Of a stretch of DNA of 64,000 nucleotides, positions 1-15,337 are shown piece by piece. The DNA is from the human T2T-CHM13v2.0 reference genome, Homo sapiens. The notes under the pieces are model-generated. The model did not search any database. It saw only the letters and a program-made list of their open reading frames with translations, and was not told where the DNA came from. The translations under genes and the position numbers were made by a program. The stretch is from NCBI RefSeq assembly GCF_009914755.1, contig NC_060938.1; one strand, 5' to 3'. The stretch's first letter is position 1. The number at the start of each line of letters is the position of its first letter.

Positions 1-2420
1 TTCCGTGGCCCTTCCATAACCACCTATTGCCGCTATGGGCCCAGAGAACTGGTAGGTGTTGCCAGTTAGAGCACATTCGTTGTCTGGCCACCCTGACTGG
101 CTCCTTGGCTGTCTCTCTTCCTTTGGTGCCATTGTTCTTCATCACAGTAGGGTGCATCCCTTGCTTACTCAGTTTCTTCTTTTCTCCTAAGTCAGCAACT
201 ACCTGGGGCACATGAAATGTTGGCTGCCCTCCCAGGGGGCTTAACATGGAAATCAGTGCACCATGCCATTGGGTAGGCACTGAATACATAACTGTAGCTT
301 TTATTTTGCAGTAAACAATTCATTGTTGGGACTTCAATAATTCTCAGCATAATTAGCATGCCTCATCTCGACTCCCAGAAGATATCCTGCAACTCTTCTA
401 TAGTCTGCCATTGAGAACGAGCTGTGGGGGCATCTTCCTCATTGGACCCGGCCCCCTTGGAGCCTGCAACCACTTACCATAAAGGTGCCATCATAGGGCT
501 GGATGGTTTGTGATGGGTGTCATTTTACTCATCTTGAGTCCAGAGAGTATAATACTCTCCACCCCCTATCCCATAGAGAAGCCACCCTGTGATCCACTCT
601 CTCCCCTTGTGTCTGAATCCAATTCTAAGCTCCCCCAATTCCACAGTGGTGGAATTCCGCATTGTGGTGCACTGCCTTCTCTTAGGTGGGGGAAAGTTCT
701 GTGGGGCTAACTTCTGCTGGCACAGTTGGCCCACTTTTATGTTGGTGGTGACCACCACAAGTACCATTTGGCTACAGACTGTGTCCTGGCATTCCAAGGC
801 TTTTGTGTCTGGAAGGCATCCTTTAGCCAGCCTGCTAAAGGTTGTTCCGGATGTGGAGTGGCCCTCTTTGTCACATCCTACACTCGTAAGGCATGACATG
901 TAGTGCAGTTGCTACTCCTAAACAGTATATCTCACTTCAGCTTCCTTCTGTCTTTGAGACCAGGGTCTTAGGGACACACACTTATGTCCTTGCCTTTAAC
1001 ACAGTCCCCACCTAAACCCCTCAGGGTAACTGACTACATCCAATTCACAGGGCTGTCCCTGCACTAGAACTCCCAAGGTTTGTATTCATTTCACTGTGAC
1101 TTCAGCTTCTTCAGAGCCCTCATCCTCCCTTTTGGAACAGTCGCAGTGGGGCACCTTCTTGTCTAAGTGCCATGGGGGCCCAAGGGGTTTGCCGAAATGG
1201 GGAATAAAGGATCGCCAATGTCCCAGGAGGCCTTGGGAGGTTTCCAACTGCTTTGGTGTGGTGGGACATGAGTAGACCTGCATCTTATCTTATCTATGAT
1301 GAAATATGGAATAACTATAGTCTTATGTAACCAGATGACACCAAGTATTTGACTGATAAGCCTGGACCCTGGACTTTGTCCGCATTGACCTCCCATCCTC
1401 TGTTCACCAAGTGAGACAGCAAAGCAGGGGCTGCAGAGCAAGAACCTTTATGGACTCATCCTAACCTTCATCTCCTTCCCACTGGAGCTCTACATCGGAC
1501 GCCAGGACTTAGGCTCCCAGGATGACGTAGTCATAGTAGTCCTAATGCATTGGTGTGGCAGTCAGCAACACTTTAAATGGCCTACCAAATAAACAATAGT
1601 CTCCAATTTGCTATCCTATCCCTACAGGCGGCATCTCATTATAGTTACAACTGTTCTCGTGGCTGACACACCCTAGCCTGTGCAATGAGCTCTGCCTCAG
1701 TGGTTGCTCAGAGTGCAGTCAGGAGTGGCCAACAGCTGCCACAGCTCAGGAATCTGACTGTCACTTTGTCACATTGTCACATCCACCTCAGGCAACAGGT
1801 CCTCCAGAACTTTTGGCATTTTGGAGGCATCCCCGTACACATGCAGCGGGCCCCATCCATCAAGGATTGCAGCTGTTGGGCCCACAGAGATGTGCATGGC
1901 CTGCCTGGGATTTCCTCACAGGTCTCCCCTTCCTTGACGCTGTTGTCTAAGAGCTTGCAGGATTTTCTTTGACCTTGTTCTGGGCCTACCAGTTGTCATG
2001 CTAGACCCCTATTGACTGTAATAGGCGTGGCACCATGTCCAAAAGGCTGAAGAGGAGACCTGGAGCCCATGAACAAGACCTAGGGTGTATTGAGGACTTG
2101 CATACAATGTGGCCCAGGAAAAGTGTGTTGGACAGGAAAACCACTACCATTTGTAAAACACATGTAGTTTATATTATGATTTTCACTTAGCACCCTCTAC
2201 CTAGCAACCTCCAGATTTAACAAAGAGCATCAATCACCTGGACATCCTGTGTTCCAAGGGATAGGCCAGGGATTCAGATGTCCTTCACAGACAAGGAATA
2301 AACTTCTGGGTTGACAGCTCCTGGATTTCTTAGCTCAGAGCTCTGAACATACATTCTTCATAAACTATAGGGTCATTCTTACAGTGTGCTTAAATTAACG
2401 CTGCCAGGCATTTCTGGCAT
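1..2420 (-). mobile_element. Degenerate ERVL-class endogenous retrovirus internal sequence (pol remnants) with probable LTR at ~1990-2420
   Basis: Minus-strand translation 1086-1283 (PTTPKQLETSQGLLGHWRSFIPHF) and adjacent frame (ILGVIWL) resemble ERVL reverse transcriptase. Frameshifted; boundaries approximate. Confidence 0.6.
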
Positions 2421-2718
2421 ACATAGATCTGAACACACACCTCATAAAACAATGTATAAAAAAGTGTTCATCAAGACTTTGTATTAAGAATATGTATATT
2501 TAAAACAACCATTAAATACTGCTACTCATTTACTATAATATTACAACGGCTGCACAGCAAAGCATTAGTGAATACTGACAAGGCTCCAGAAAAGAAAATC
2601 TTATTCACTGTTGGTAGGAACGTAAAATGGCACTTCCTTTTTGGAAAATATTTTCAGTATTTCTTTGGAGTTAAACATGTTAATTGAACAGATGACTCTA
2701 AGGTACTTTATTCAACTG

Positions 2719-3030
2719 TTTTTTTGTTTTGTTTTGTTTTGTTTTGTTTTGAGATGGAGTTTCACTCTGTCGCCCAGGCTGGAGTGCAGTGGCGTGATCT
2801 CGGCTCACTGCAACCTTCACCTCCCAGGTTCAAGCAATTCTCTGCCTCAGCCTCCCGAATAGCTGCGATTACAGGCACCCACCACCACGCCCAGCTAATT
2901 CTTTGTATTTTTAGTAGAGAAGGGGTTTCACCATCTTGGGCAGGCTGATCTTGAACTCCTTACCTTGTGATCCACCTGCCTCGGTCTCCCAAAGTGCTGG
3001 GATTATAGGCGTGAGCCACCATGCCTTGCC
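2719..3030 (-). mobile_element. AluS element
   Basis: Reverse Alu consensus with (TTTTG)n tail; TSD tattcaactg at 2709 and 3031. Confidence 0.95.
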
Positions 3031-3170
3031 TATTCAACTGATTTTAATACTTACTTCTACACAGATACTTTCATGGGAATGCCGGTATCAGCTTTCTTCA
3101 GTAGAGCTTTTCCTCCTCCATGAATTTTGCTTATAGGGTGATAATTATATAAACAATTCCCATATAATTG

Positions 3171-3500
<330 letters not shown>

Positions 3501-3629
3501 TTCCCATATAATTAGAGTATATACTTCTATTGTTACTTTTTTTCAATTTATTAATGACATACTGTAAACAACATTAAAAATAATAATCCCTTTCATTTCT
3601 CAGCCCCAGCACAGCTGCCTCCTCCCTGG

Positions 3630-4123
<494 letters not shown>

Positions 4124-4189
4124 TCAGGGGATTCTCTAGAGGACAGATGTGGTTGCTGGGTGATGCTCTCAGGGCACAGGACAGATCTG

Positions 4190-4231
4190 TATTTACTTCA
4201 GTAAATCTCAGGTTATTTGCATATTCATGAG
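4190..4231 (-). promoter_or_regulatory. IGHV1-2 promoter (TATA-like, octamer, heptamer)
   Basis: Minus strand: ATGCAAAT at 4215-4222, CTCATGA at 4225-4231, TAAATA at ~4190. Confidence 0.92.
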
Positions 4232-4879
4232 GGATACTATTTCATAGCTCTAGACTTGATCCAAGATGAGAAAGAGAACACACATAATTTATGGGCCATG
4301 CAACAGTGGGACGCTGAAGTCCCTGTCCCAATCCTTGTTTAATGATGTGTGTCCCCTTGTATGCCCAGAACTCTGCTAAAATAGATTGTCTGCTGAAAAC
4401 AAGTTCCCGCAGAACATGGTCCTCCAAGTGAACCCATACTTAAATGGCACTTTGACACCTTCATACTTTTCTGGGCTTTGCTTTCTGCATGTCTTACTAC
4501 TGTCTCTGTTAAGATTGGCAAGCACTGAATTAATAAAACCATCCCTTTTCTCCATCTCCTACCTATTAAGATATCTGAAAATCCTAGAAATTTCTCCTTT
4601 TACATGTGATTCTCATTGACTTGTTAGGTTAGATAAATCCTACAAATAGAACTGTATACTGAAAGACACAAAGACACATCAATAGTCTTTACTAAAGTCT
4701 TGTTTAACTTATTAAAGCATGTTTGTCCGAGAAAAGGAAGACATCAGACCCTGGGAGGAACCCCTCCCCAGCCTCCCTTGCACCTGCTCCAGGGCTGCAG
4801 CCTGTGCTGGGCGAGGCCCTAGCGCTCCCTGCCACCCAGACCTTGCACTGCAGGGAGCTTCCCATTGGGTCTCACAGAG

Positions 4880-5185
4880 CATTTTTCTCTCAGCCTCTGT
4901 AGCTCACTAGGAAGTGACTGTGACCTGGCTCAGAATGCTCCTTCAGTGACAACATGAGCTGATGACACCACCTCTTGAAATAGTGAATGGGCCTTTGGAA
5001 ACCCAATGTCCTCTTCAGGGTGGCTCCAAGAGAAGAATCGCTAAAATCACCAGGGAGTCCACTTCCTGGAGGTCTAGATGCACTGGATCACTGGAAACAA
5101 AGGGAGGCTAAAACTCTGGGGGGGTTGGAGGTGGCTCTTTTCTCATTTCGGCTCTTGCAGATGAATACTGCATCTGAGAATACCT
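4880..5185 (-). pseudogene. Cryptic highly degenerate IGHV relic upstream of IGHV1-2
   Basis: Minus strand reads QMQYSSARAEMRK (5138-5176), KGPFTISRG (4970-4996) and SILSQVT near the end. Spacing is about V-exon length; followed by V-type 3' flank. Confidence 0.6.
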
Positions 5186-6134
5186 GAAGCTGCAGATGGA
5201 TGTGGATTAAAGCTCACTCCACGTCCGCTGTTCCAATAACTCCTACTCAAACACACAGAAACACAAACACAAACATTCTCACACACACTGTGGCTGATTT
5301 TCACAGTTATGGACCCCTAATTTTTCCTTCTTCGTAGTATCTTACTCACGGGAAGTGCCGCCGACCCTGACCCTAGGCCTCAGTATGTGACTTTCTTTCT
5401 CAAACAGATCTAAAGCAATCACACTGCCCTCTTTAATCCATATTAATGATGCTGTTGAGGAGGTAATGTGTGGGGCAGGGGAGCATGGTATGTTCTTACA
5501 GTTGACTCTCCCTGGTTTGGTTGCCCTCTTCTCCTGAGCAGTGACCTTCACAAGGAATCTCCAGTGATACAGCTGATTTTCTCTCTTTCCTCCCTTCTGC
5601 AGATGCTGCACCCAGGGCTACCGCCTTGAATCTGACTCCTCTTGGCTAATTTTATCATTTGCGTGATAGAGGAAGGCTGAGGAGGAGGGGTCTGTAATTT
5701 GGAAGTATTTCCTTCCCCCACATAAACTAAGATTTTGGAGAATACCTTCCCTTGGATGAGCTTTCTAGAAAAGTCTTTTTGTGCATCTTTTCTCCGTGAT
5801 TACTCCTCCCCAGTTCATGGCTATAGGGAATCTATTTTAATTGCTTCCACGAGAACCTGAAGGCCCTGGAGGGCAAGTCCACACAAGTGTGGGGTGTACA
5901 GCCTCTAGGAGTGCTCACCCTCCCCCTAGTCCACATTTGTCCTCCAGACATTCAGCATAATCACCAGGTAAATGTTCTCACCAATGTGTCTCCAGGAGCT
6001 TCCCTTCCAAGTCAGCAAGTCTCTGCTGTGACTGTGGATGTGCCTGTCTCTACAGCTTTTGGAGGGAGTAGTTTTTTCAGCAATTTCAGCTCTTAGATGG
6101 ATTAAAAAATACTTGATATTTAGATGGTTTGGAG

Positions 6135-6345
6135 ATATATATATATAAAAATATATATGTATAATATATATAAATATACATATTATATAATATATAAATA
6201 TACATATTATATATTATATATACATATTATATATAATATATAAATATGTATGTATAATATATAAAAATATACATATATATTATATAAAATATATATATAA
6301 TATATAATATATATTTATTATATATATATATATATATATATATAA
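6135..6345. repeat. (TA)n AT-rich microsatellite
   Basis: Degenerate TATA run adjoining an Alu tail. Confidence 0.95.
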
Positions 6346-6346
6346 A

Positions 6347-6786
<440 letters not shown>

Positions 6787-8199
6787 TGACATCTGGACAG
6801 ACACAACTGAACATGTGGGGACAAAGGGAATGGCACAGCAGGACACTTATGAGGAAGTTTCAACAGTTTCCTTTTTATTCAGAGGAAGCTGCAGCAGGTG
6901 AGAGCTGGTTATACCTCAGGCGATGTCATTTTCTGGAAGGCTGTTCTTGCTCTTGTGCTGGATCAAGTGGATGCACCTGGGCCCTCACACCTGGAACAGG
7001 AACTCTCATTCCTTAACACAAGGTGCTCGGTGAGACAGTTGCTTCCAGCTGAAGTGCAGAGAAAGGGGAGAGAAGGAGTTGTCTCTGGTGTCCCAGGATG
7101 TGTGTCAACTCTAGGATAAGGTCACCTTGGAGGGGCAGTGGTCTACCTTAGGGGATTACATCAGTTCTGCCTTCAATAACCTGTGGCTGTGGTCAGGAGT
7201 GTGACTCATCCCCTTCTGCTCCTCCTACCTGCCTTTCATTAAATGTGCAATGAATGAGTGATCCCTCACCAGAGAGTGTCATGGTCTAAACATCATGATC
7301 TCACACAATAACATCCCCACACCCAATCTCAAATACATTATAGACCCCACTCAATCAGCAATTGGCAAATAATTTGCTCTTGTAGATTTGGTGAATACAT
7401 TTGCTCGGCGTTCATTTCAACAGCCTCTCAGCCACATTTAGCAAAGTGATTGACAAAAATGAACATGTCTCTATCAGCAAATAGAAAATATAAAATCACC
7501 GAGTTGGTTGAAACGTACACTATTAACTCTGAACAAATATAATAAGAAATTAGGCATATCACAATGGCACACAGTTTGTTTTACCCTAAAAATATCCCCT
7601 GAGCTTTGCCAAGTCAGTCTCTTGTCTTTCCCCAAAAGCCCTGCCTATCACAAACCTGTTTTTAAAATCCTTTTAATTTTACTGTATTTAGCAGGTCTCA
7701 TGAATGGAATTGTACAATACTTAGTCTCTTTTGTCCATCTTCCTTCACTTAGAAAAAATGTTAAAATGTTGTCTTCTGAATTAATAACCCATAGTTTTTA
7801 TGACTGATAGTATTCCACTGTATGAGTATACAAATATTTGAGAATCAATTCTGTTGAAATACATCATGTTTACTTTTGTATTTGGTAAATATGAGTATCA
7901 GTTTATGACAATTGATACTGAACAATTTTATATATTCTTATTTTCAGATAACATTTTTTCTTGGTGAGGTGTTTGTTCAGATTTTCACTCATTTTAGAAT
8001 TCTGTTTATATTATGCTTTCTGTTGAGTTTTACAAATTCTTTTTATAGCCTAGAGACAAGACCTTACAAACAGTAAAAAGAAATAGTTTCTGATTTTGAA
8101 TAGATTCAATATACATACATAATTTTTAATTGTTATAAGCACATAATAGTATATATATTTCTATTTGTTGGGTATATGTGATGTTTTGGTACAGGCATA

Positions 8200-8510
8200 C
8201 AATGTGTAATGAACAAAGTAAAAAAAAACTACAATAAATCTATAAAACATTGAGGAAATAAAGAGGACACAAGATGGAACAATATTCCATGTTTATGAAT
8301 TCAAAGATTCAATATTGTTAAAATGTCCATAATACTTAAAGCAATCTACAGACTCAGTACAATCCCTATGAAAACAACAATGATATTCTTCACAGAAATT
8401 TTTAAAAAATCCTAAAATATATGTGGAAAAACAAAAGATGCAGAACAGCCCAAGCCATTCTGAGCAAAGAGAACACAACTAGAGAAATCACATTACCTGA
8501 CTTCAAAATT
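8200..8510 (+). mobile_element. Old L1 ORF2 fragment
   Basis: ttcaatattgttaaaatgtccata...gcaatctacagactcagtacaatccctatgaaa is typical L1 ORF2 sequence. Confidence 0.75.
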
Positions 8511-9349
8511 TATATTTTTATTATTGTTAATTATTTGATCTAAAAGTTATGTTTCAAACAATGAGAATAACAATACGTTAAATGAGTCTGATGTATGTAT
8601 ACTTGAAATTAATGGCATCAATTTTATGAATGATGGAGGTAATTGAGAATGTTCTGTGTGAGGCACCTGCACTAGATTTGATGTGGAATAATGTCATTTT
8701 GAAGATGGAGACAGATTAGTTACACACGCATATTGTAGGCCATGGTGCAAAGCAGGCTCACCATGCAAAAGTGACCAAAACGAGGCCACGTGGGTTGTAC
8801 ACCTCAGCAGCTGTGTTACCCACTGGGACAAAGCTCTGAAGGACATCCTGCCTCCAGGGGAGAGAAGAACAAAGCCCAGGGTGTCCCTGGCTGTTTTTCC
8901 CTAACTCAAGATTTTATATCCTCTAGGAGAAACAGGAACAAACCTGAGCTGTTCCAGACAGACAGGATGTCCTTGGCTCTGTGCACGTTCAGGAACAAGA
9001 TCAACTCGTTCTGAGTCTCTATTCAGTGATTTAGGTTCGGGGAAATAAGAATGCAGATCTGAAATTATGGAGCTTTCAGAAGGTTTTCATGTGTCTCAGT
9101 GCAATTTCTTCATGTGTTATTTTGGCTTATGGTATTGATAGGCCCACAAAAACTAGATTTAATTCAATAATTCAAGTGATAGAGCAAAACTGAAAGAGCT
9201 GAGGGGTTTTCTAGCAGGATTTAGAAAGTTTAAAATACTTCATCTTAGAAAATGTATTTGCTGGACATTGATGGGACTGGAGTAGAGATGGATGTGGGGG
9301 AGCCCAAGGATTGTGTTTTCACACACACCACAATGACTTCTGCTGTCCC

Positions 9350-9421
9350 TTCCTTCCCTCTCTCCCTCTCTCTCTTTCTTTCTTTCTTTTCTTTCCTTCC
9401 TTCTTCCTTCTTCTTTCTTTC

Positions 9422-9492
<71 letters not shown>

Positions 9493-9535
9493 GTTTCTTT
9501 CTTTCTCTCTTTCTTTCTTTTCTTCTTTTCTTTCT
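9350..9535. repeat. (CTTT)n polypyrimidine microsatellite
   Basis: ~185 bp of ctttcttt repeats. Confidence 0.97.
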
Positions 9536-9899
9536 GCTGAGTGAGCCCAGAAGTACACACAGGTATAAAACTCACTGAATCACCATTAGCTGTTCTTCCT
9601 TTTGCCTCCCACCCAGGTCAGGAGGAATTACAAGTCCTACGGAATTCTAGTTCTAAGAGAGTGAGAATCTTTATATGGCTGATTATTCCAGAATTTTCTA
9701 TAATGATGCAGCTGTTGTTTCTTTTAGCCAGTTTTTATTGAATTCTGTTCTTTTCCATTGAGTCGTAAAACTTATTTCTATATTCTGTTGCAAGTTTGTT
9801 TTAAGATATATATATATATATATAAAATATTCTTGAAATCTGAAAGTTTCTGTTCATTTTCTTAATGTAATTATTTAAATATGAAACTTATTTTATTAT

Positions 9900-12800
9900 A
9901 AATTACAAATAATTTTTGCATATATTTATGACATATGTTGTTTAGTTATGATACATGTATACATTATGAACTGGGTAACTCAAGCCGCTTATATTCATCA
10001 CCTCACAAATTTATCATTTCTTAGTGGGGAAATTCTAATGTTTATTTTTTTAGTAATTTTGAAATATATACTACCTTATCAGCTATAGTTGACATGCTGT
10101 GCATTAGAAAGGCATAACTTATACCTCCTGTCTAACTGGAACGTTGTGCACTTTAACCCACATCTCCCTTTCCCAGTCCACCCCTCTAGGCCCTGGTAAC
10201 CAACATTCTACTCTACCTCTGCAAGTCTACTGCTTTAATATATACAGTGAAATCATGAATGACTCTTCCTCTGTTCCTGGCTTGTTTCACTTGGCATAAG
10301 GTCCTCTAGATTCATGCATGCTGTCACAGAGGCAGGGTTTCCTTCTTATTTAAGGATGAACATTACTCTGTTGTGTCTGTATGCATTTTCTTTATTCATT
10401 CATCCATTCATGGGAATTTAGGATGTTTCCATATCTTTACTATTTTAAATAATGCTGCAATGAACGTGAACATGGAGTGCAGATATCTCTTTGACATGTT
10501 GATTTCATTTCCTTTGGATACATAGCCAGCAGTGAGACTGCTGGATTCTACAGTAGATTTTGTTTCTTTATTTTTTGAGGAACATTTATAGTATTCTCCA
10601 TAAATAGCTGTATTCATCTACATTTTCACTCTCCATATTCTGAGTTCTGTTTCTGTCATTTCAGCCATCTCAGCCCCATTCAGAACTGCTGTTGAAGAGG
10701 TGCTGTGGTTGTTTGGAGGAAAGAGGGCGCCCTTTTTGTTTTCAGGACTTTTGCACTGGTTCTTTCTCATCTTTGTGGGCTTATCCACCTTCAATCTTTG
10801 AAGTTGCTGACCTTTGGATACATTTTTATTTTCTTTTACCCTATTGGATGACCTTGAGGGTTTGATTGTGGTATAAGGTGGATTCAGCCAACTGGCTTCA
10901 TTTCTGGAAAAATTTAGGTGGCCAGTGCTCAGCTCCCAACACCTAGACTGTGTGCTCTGACTCTGGGGGAAGTTATACTAGTCCCTGACTTGGTTCTCCG
11001 GCTCCTTAAGGTTAGGAATCCACTGTCCTGGGCTGTTGGAGGTGTGGCAGCTGTGGCAGAGTGCTAGTGGGTGTCTGGGTGCCTGCCTCCCTGCAGGTGT
11101 TCGCCACAGTGGCAGAGGCATTGCGTCTGTGGGTGTGTGGGGCCCTGTTGGTGACTGTGTTCAAGGTCACACTGGAGGAGGTGTTGGCTCAGGGATGGGA
11201 CACTTGTGGGCACAGGCCCGGGTGCCGTATTCATGCCCCACAAGCAGGAGTGATTTCTGAATGTGTGAGATGATCTGCTATTCTCTGTGCAGAATTAGCG
11301 CAAGTGCGGGACGCTGACAGGAGCGGCCCTGGCTTTTTCCCCACCAAAGCTTCCTCTGCCATGGTGGTTGGGGTGGGGGGAGGGGACTGCACTCCACGCA
11401 ATGGTGGGACAAGAAAAGCAAAACCCACCTATACAGACATGTGACTGCAAAGTGATGTGGGAAGTTACGTGGGCCTGGGTGAACCTACAGTATTCGGAGG
11501 AAGTGTGTAAGCTGGTGTGTGCACATGAGGGCTGCCCGATTGGAGCTCTCCACCAGTCAGGCATGTTCTGCCAGGGCAGAAATTTTGGTGCGGGATCCCA
11601 GGGCGTCCAAGACTGCCCTGCAAGAAGGTGTGGCCAGGCTAGGGCCCCAGGAGAGGCCAGTAGATGGAGGGGCACTCAGGTCCCTACATTATTTGAGAAT
11701 GTGGCCATGTTTTATGTGAATGAGTGATGACTTGATTGTAATGCAGCATTTTATTCCAGTACACAAACATATCTCAAATTGTTTAACATTCACCTGTAAT
11801 GGATATTCAATGTGTTCTCTCAGTTTCTGGCTTTTATACGGAAAGCAGCTATTCAGTGTGGGAATGTGAAAAAAATGAGAAAACTGTGATTTTATTCTGA
11901 CCTCATTAACAACGAAGCTGAACAGCTACAAATAAAAGAGAGAAAAAACATTCAACATATCTGAGTTGATTTCACCAAGCAAACAAGAAAACTGAAATCT
12001 GAGAAGATAGGAGCCTGCAGAGAGAACCAGGACCTACCTGCTAGTGTACATAGGGCAGGTGCCACTGGATGGCATTTGAGATAGAAACAGACTAACCTAG
12101 AAATACTTAATGACTTTTTTTTTTTTAGTATGCATGTACTAATGGTGTTAGATTGGCCTAGTGCTTGCAAGCTTTTCCTAGAGAACTTGAAAAATCCACG
12201 GACAACTTCCTCATCTGGTGTCTTGTGGTGTTGACTGGGGAAAAGAACAGCAGCTCCTGTGGAATGCCTGAATGCACCTCCACTACCTCCAGGGGAAATC
12301 CACCAAAGCATGTGTCATATGAGCTGTGGTGAAGTCAACAGAAACAAAAGGAAACAGACGACACCAAGGAAACTTGATCCAGAAACACCTCCTATCTCTT
12401 TCCTCAGGAAAGAAATCCTTACTCTTTAGGGTAAGGATAGTGGGTAAAAAGCTGGGGACACTGGTGAAAAACAGTTGTGTCTGGGAAAAGACGTTCCAGC
12501 CCTGGGGAAAGAGTTAAGGACAGGACAATGTGGAAGGCCACTCCCCAGAACTATGCTTACTACTCCTGCATAAGAAGGAGACTCAGTCAGAAGGTTGGAG
12601 GAAGTCCCGCTTTGTCCAACCTCCTTCACCACACAGTCATCAATTTAAACTGTCAGTAGGGTGCACTTTCCACAGCTGAAACAGACAGCCTCCCTGGGGA
12701 AAACTAAATATAAAGACCCAGGATCAAACAGGGACACAAAAGCAAGTATCATGGGAGGAACTTGAAATCTCTGTGGACAGCAGAAGCTGACTTCAACTCT

Positions 12801-14350
12801 GATAATTGTGGCATCCATAAATTGCAAATATAGCCCTGAATAGATACACACAAATATCTATAATGAAGGCCCAGCAGAATGGAATGTGTTACCATCTTCA
12901 GGAAGAAAATAATGAATACATGAGTACAAGAAAATAAATTACAAATTAAAGTCAAACTGGAATTCTATATATATTAAAAATTTCATTTAAAGCGAAAGTC
13001 AAATGAATACCCTGTAAGACAAATCGATTCTGAGAAAATTTATTGCTAGTGCATTCATCCTTCAGTAGGTGCTTTGGCAAATTTTCCGCCAGGGTGAGTA
13101 GCCATATGATATACATCCGAAACATGAATCTATCCAAATAAAAAATGTGGTCAAGAATGAAAAAATGAAGTTGAAATGTAGTTTTTATATTTTTAATTGT
13201 TCTAATATATGTCTATGTAATGATAAAAATGCACATATTATATTTTATAGCACATATAAGTGCAAACTGAGAATAAACTAAGACAACGGATGAGAAAGAG
13301 GGTTTAGAAGAATAAGTTATAATAGCTCTACAACCTATGAAGAGGTTTTACGTTATTTGAATTAGAATCTGATTATACACAATTCTTATTGTATATCTTA
13401 GGGCCAATACAATATTCATAAAAGATGAGCTAAACAATAAGTTAATAGAGAAATAAACATGATCATAAAATGCCAAATTAAAATAGAAATTAACAGAAAA
13501 ATAGTAATACCAGTTTTAAAATAGAATTTATTATAGTTGATTTAAAAAGCAAGACCCAACTACTAGCTCTGTACAGAAATTTGCTCTACATAGAAAAGTT
13601 AAATACAGGAAAACATGGACTATGAAAATATGAATGAAAAGAAAGCGTGCTTAGCTATGTTAAATTCAGACAAGGTAGACATAAGACTTTCAGGAATCAA
13701 GGGGCATATTACATAGGGTAAAGGGATCAGTTTTCTAAAAGGCATCACCAAAGATTTAACCAATGGATCTGGGATAGAAAATAGGCTAACATCTATAACA
13801 GATAGCGAATTCGACACTTACTGTGATTGACAAAACAAACGTGATAAAATAGGTAAATATATAAGTGACCAGAATCAACTTATTTGACTAGTTTCATTTA
13901 TAGAATATTCAATGGGAAGACAGCAGGAACCCAAACTGTGATTAACCAGAAGATATGAGAGGAACATGGTGACTGAATTTGATGTGGTTACCTGGGTTGA
14001 ACAAAGAAACAAACAAAAAGCAATAGGAAAGTGAGACCTTATCTCAAAAAGAAAAGAAAAAGGAAAAAAGGAAACTGTTAAAAATTGGCAAAATTCAAAT
14101 AAATCCCAGAGCTGAATAAACAGAAACTTATCAATGTAAATATATTAGTCCCATGTCCCATGTTTTTTTGACATATTAACTTTAGTGAAAACTTGGAGAT
14201 GGATGTGAACACACTGTATTTTCCTTACAATTGTTCTGATAACCTATAATTATTCCAAATAAAAAGTGTGTAAAATATAAAGTAACAATCATAAAAATAA
14301 TAGTTCAAAGACCTTATAAAATAGGCTTCTGAAAATAATAAAATTGTTAC
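9900..14350. mobile_element. Mosaic of old L1 fragments (3' end on minus ~9900-10640, 5'-region fragments, plus-strand ORF1/ORF2 pieces)
   Basis: L1 3'UTR motifs (ggtaaccaacattctactctacctctgca; gatttcatttcctttggatacatagccagcagt) and A-rich L1M-like sequence. Boundaries approximate. Confidence 0.6.
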
Positions 14351-15067
14351 TAAAATTATTATGGATAATTATTTCAGAGGATAATCCTGAAATGATCATC
14401 GAAGTGGTGGACAGATGTTTATTTATTTCAGAAAAAGATGTGAGGCATCTCATATTAAACGCTAGTGATGGAAGTGTTTATAGAGTTGTTTTATCATCTA
14501 TAATATGATGGATGAAAAGCATTATCATAAGCATTTGATGGATGAAAAGCATTACTATCATAAGCATTTATGTAGCCAATATCATGAACGTATTATAATT
14601 TCCTCAGTTGTGCACCATTTTTGTGTTAATACCATGTGAACGTTTTCTACTGCATGTGTCATATCTAAACATTTGAACTAGTTTGTTTGTTATTAATGTG
14701 ACTCTTGTAAATGCTGTAGGCATTGCTGATGTTCTCTGTAATTTCTCTACTGGTGTTTTTTTCCTAATATTTTAACATGATAAATTTGGATTAATATAAC
14801 TACGTAATTTAATAATATATTTTAAACTTCATAGTTGTACACACAGACACACACACACACGCACACATACACAACAGCCCAGCAATGACACATATACCCG
14901 TCCATGCAAAAATGAATGTATATTAAACACCAAAACAACACACCCATTTTTTTCTATATTATTTTAATTATTTAATTGAATGTAACTCGTATTTGCAGTT
15001 TCATTTTTGAATGAATGTAAATGCCATTCTTGCCAAATATATTACTTAAGTGTACAATGGTATTTAC

Positions 15068-15337
15068 TTTTTTTTTTTTTTGAGACAGAGTTTTGGTCTT
15101 GTCGCCCAGGCTGGAGTGCAATGGCGTGTTCTCGGCTCACCGCAACCTCCGCCTCCCAGGTTCAAGCGATTCTCCTGCCTCAGCTTCCCCGCCACGCCCA
15201 GCTAATTTTGTATTTTTAGTAGAGAGGGGGTTTCTCCATGTTGGTCAGGCTGGTCTCGAATTCCCGACCTCAGGTGATCCACCCACCTCACCCTCCCAAA
15301 GTGCTGAGATTACAGGCGTGAGCCACTGCGCCCAGCC
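15068..15337 (-). mobile_element. Alu (Sp/Sq-like) with internal deletion
   Basis: Reverse Alu lacking the gagtagctgggattacagg segment; TSD gtatttactttt. Confidence 0.9.

Noticed and set aside
2641-3136. Alu-derived ORFs (also at 6364, 15007, 26094, 29913, 31871, 57312, 61276)
   Set aside because: Typical spurious Alu translations.
9240-9578. K/E/R-rich and F/L/S-rich ORFs
   Set aside because: Translations of the (CTTT)n microsatellite.
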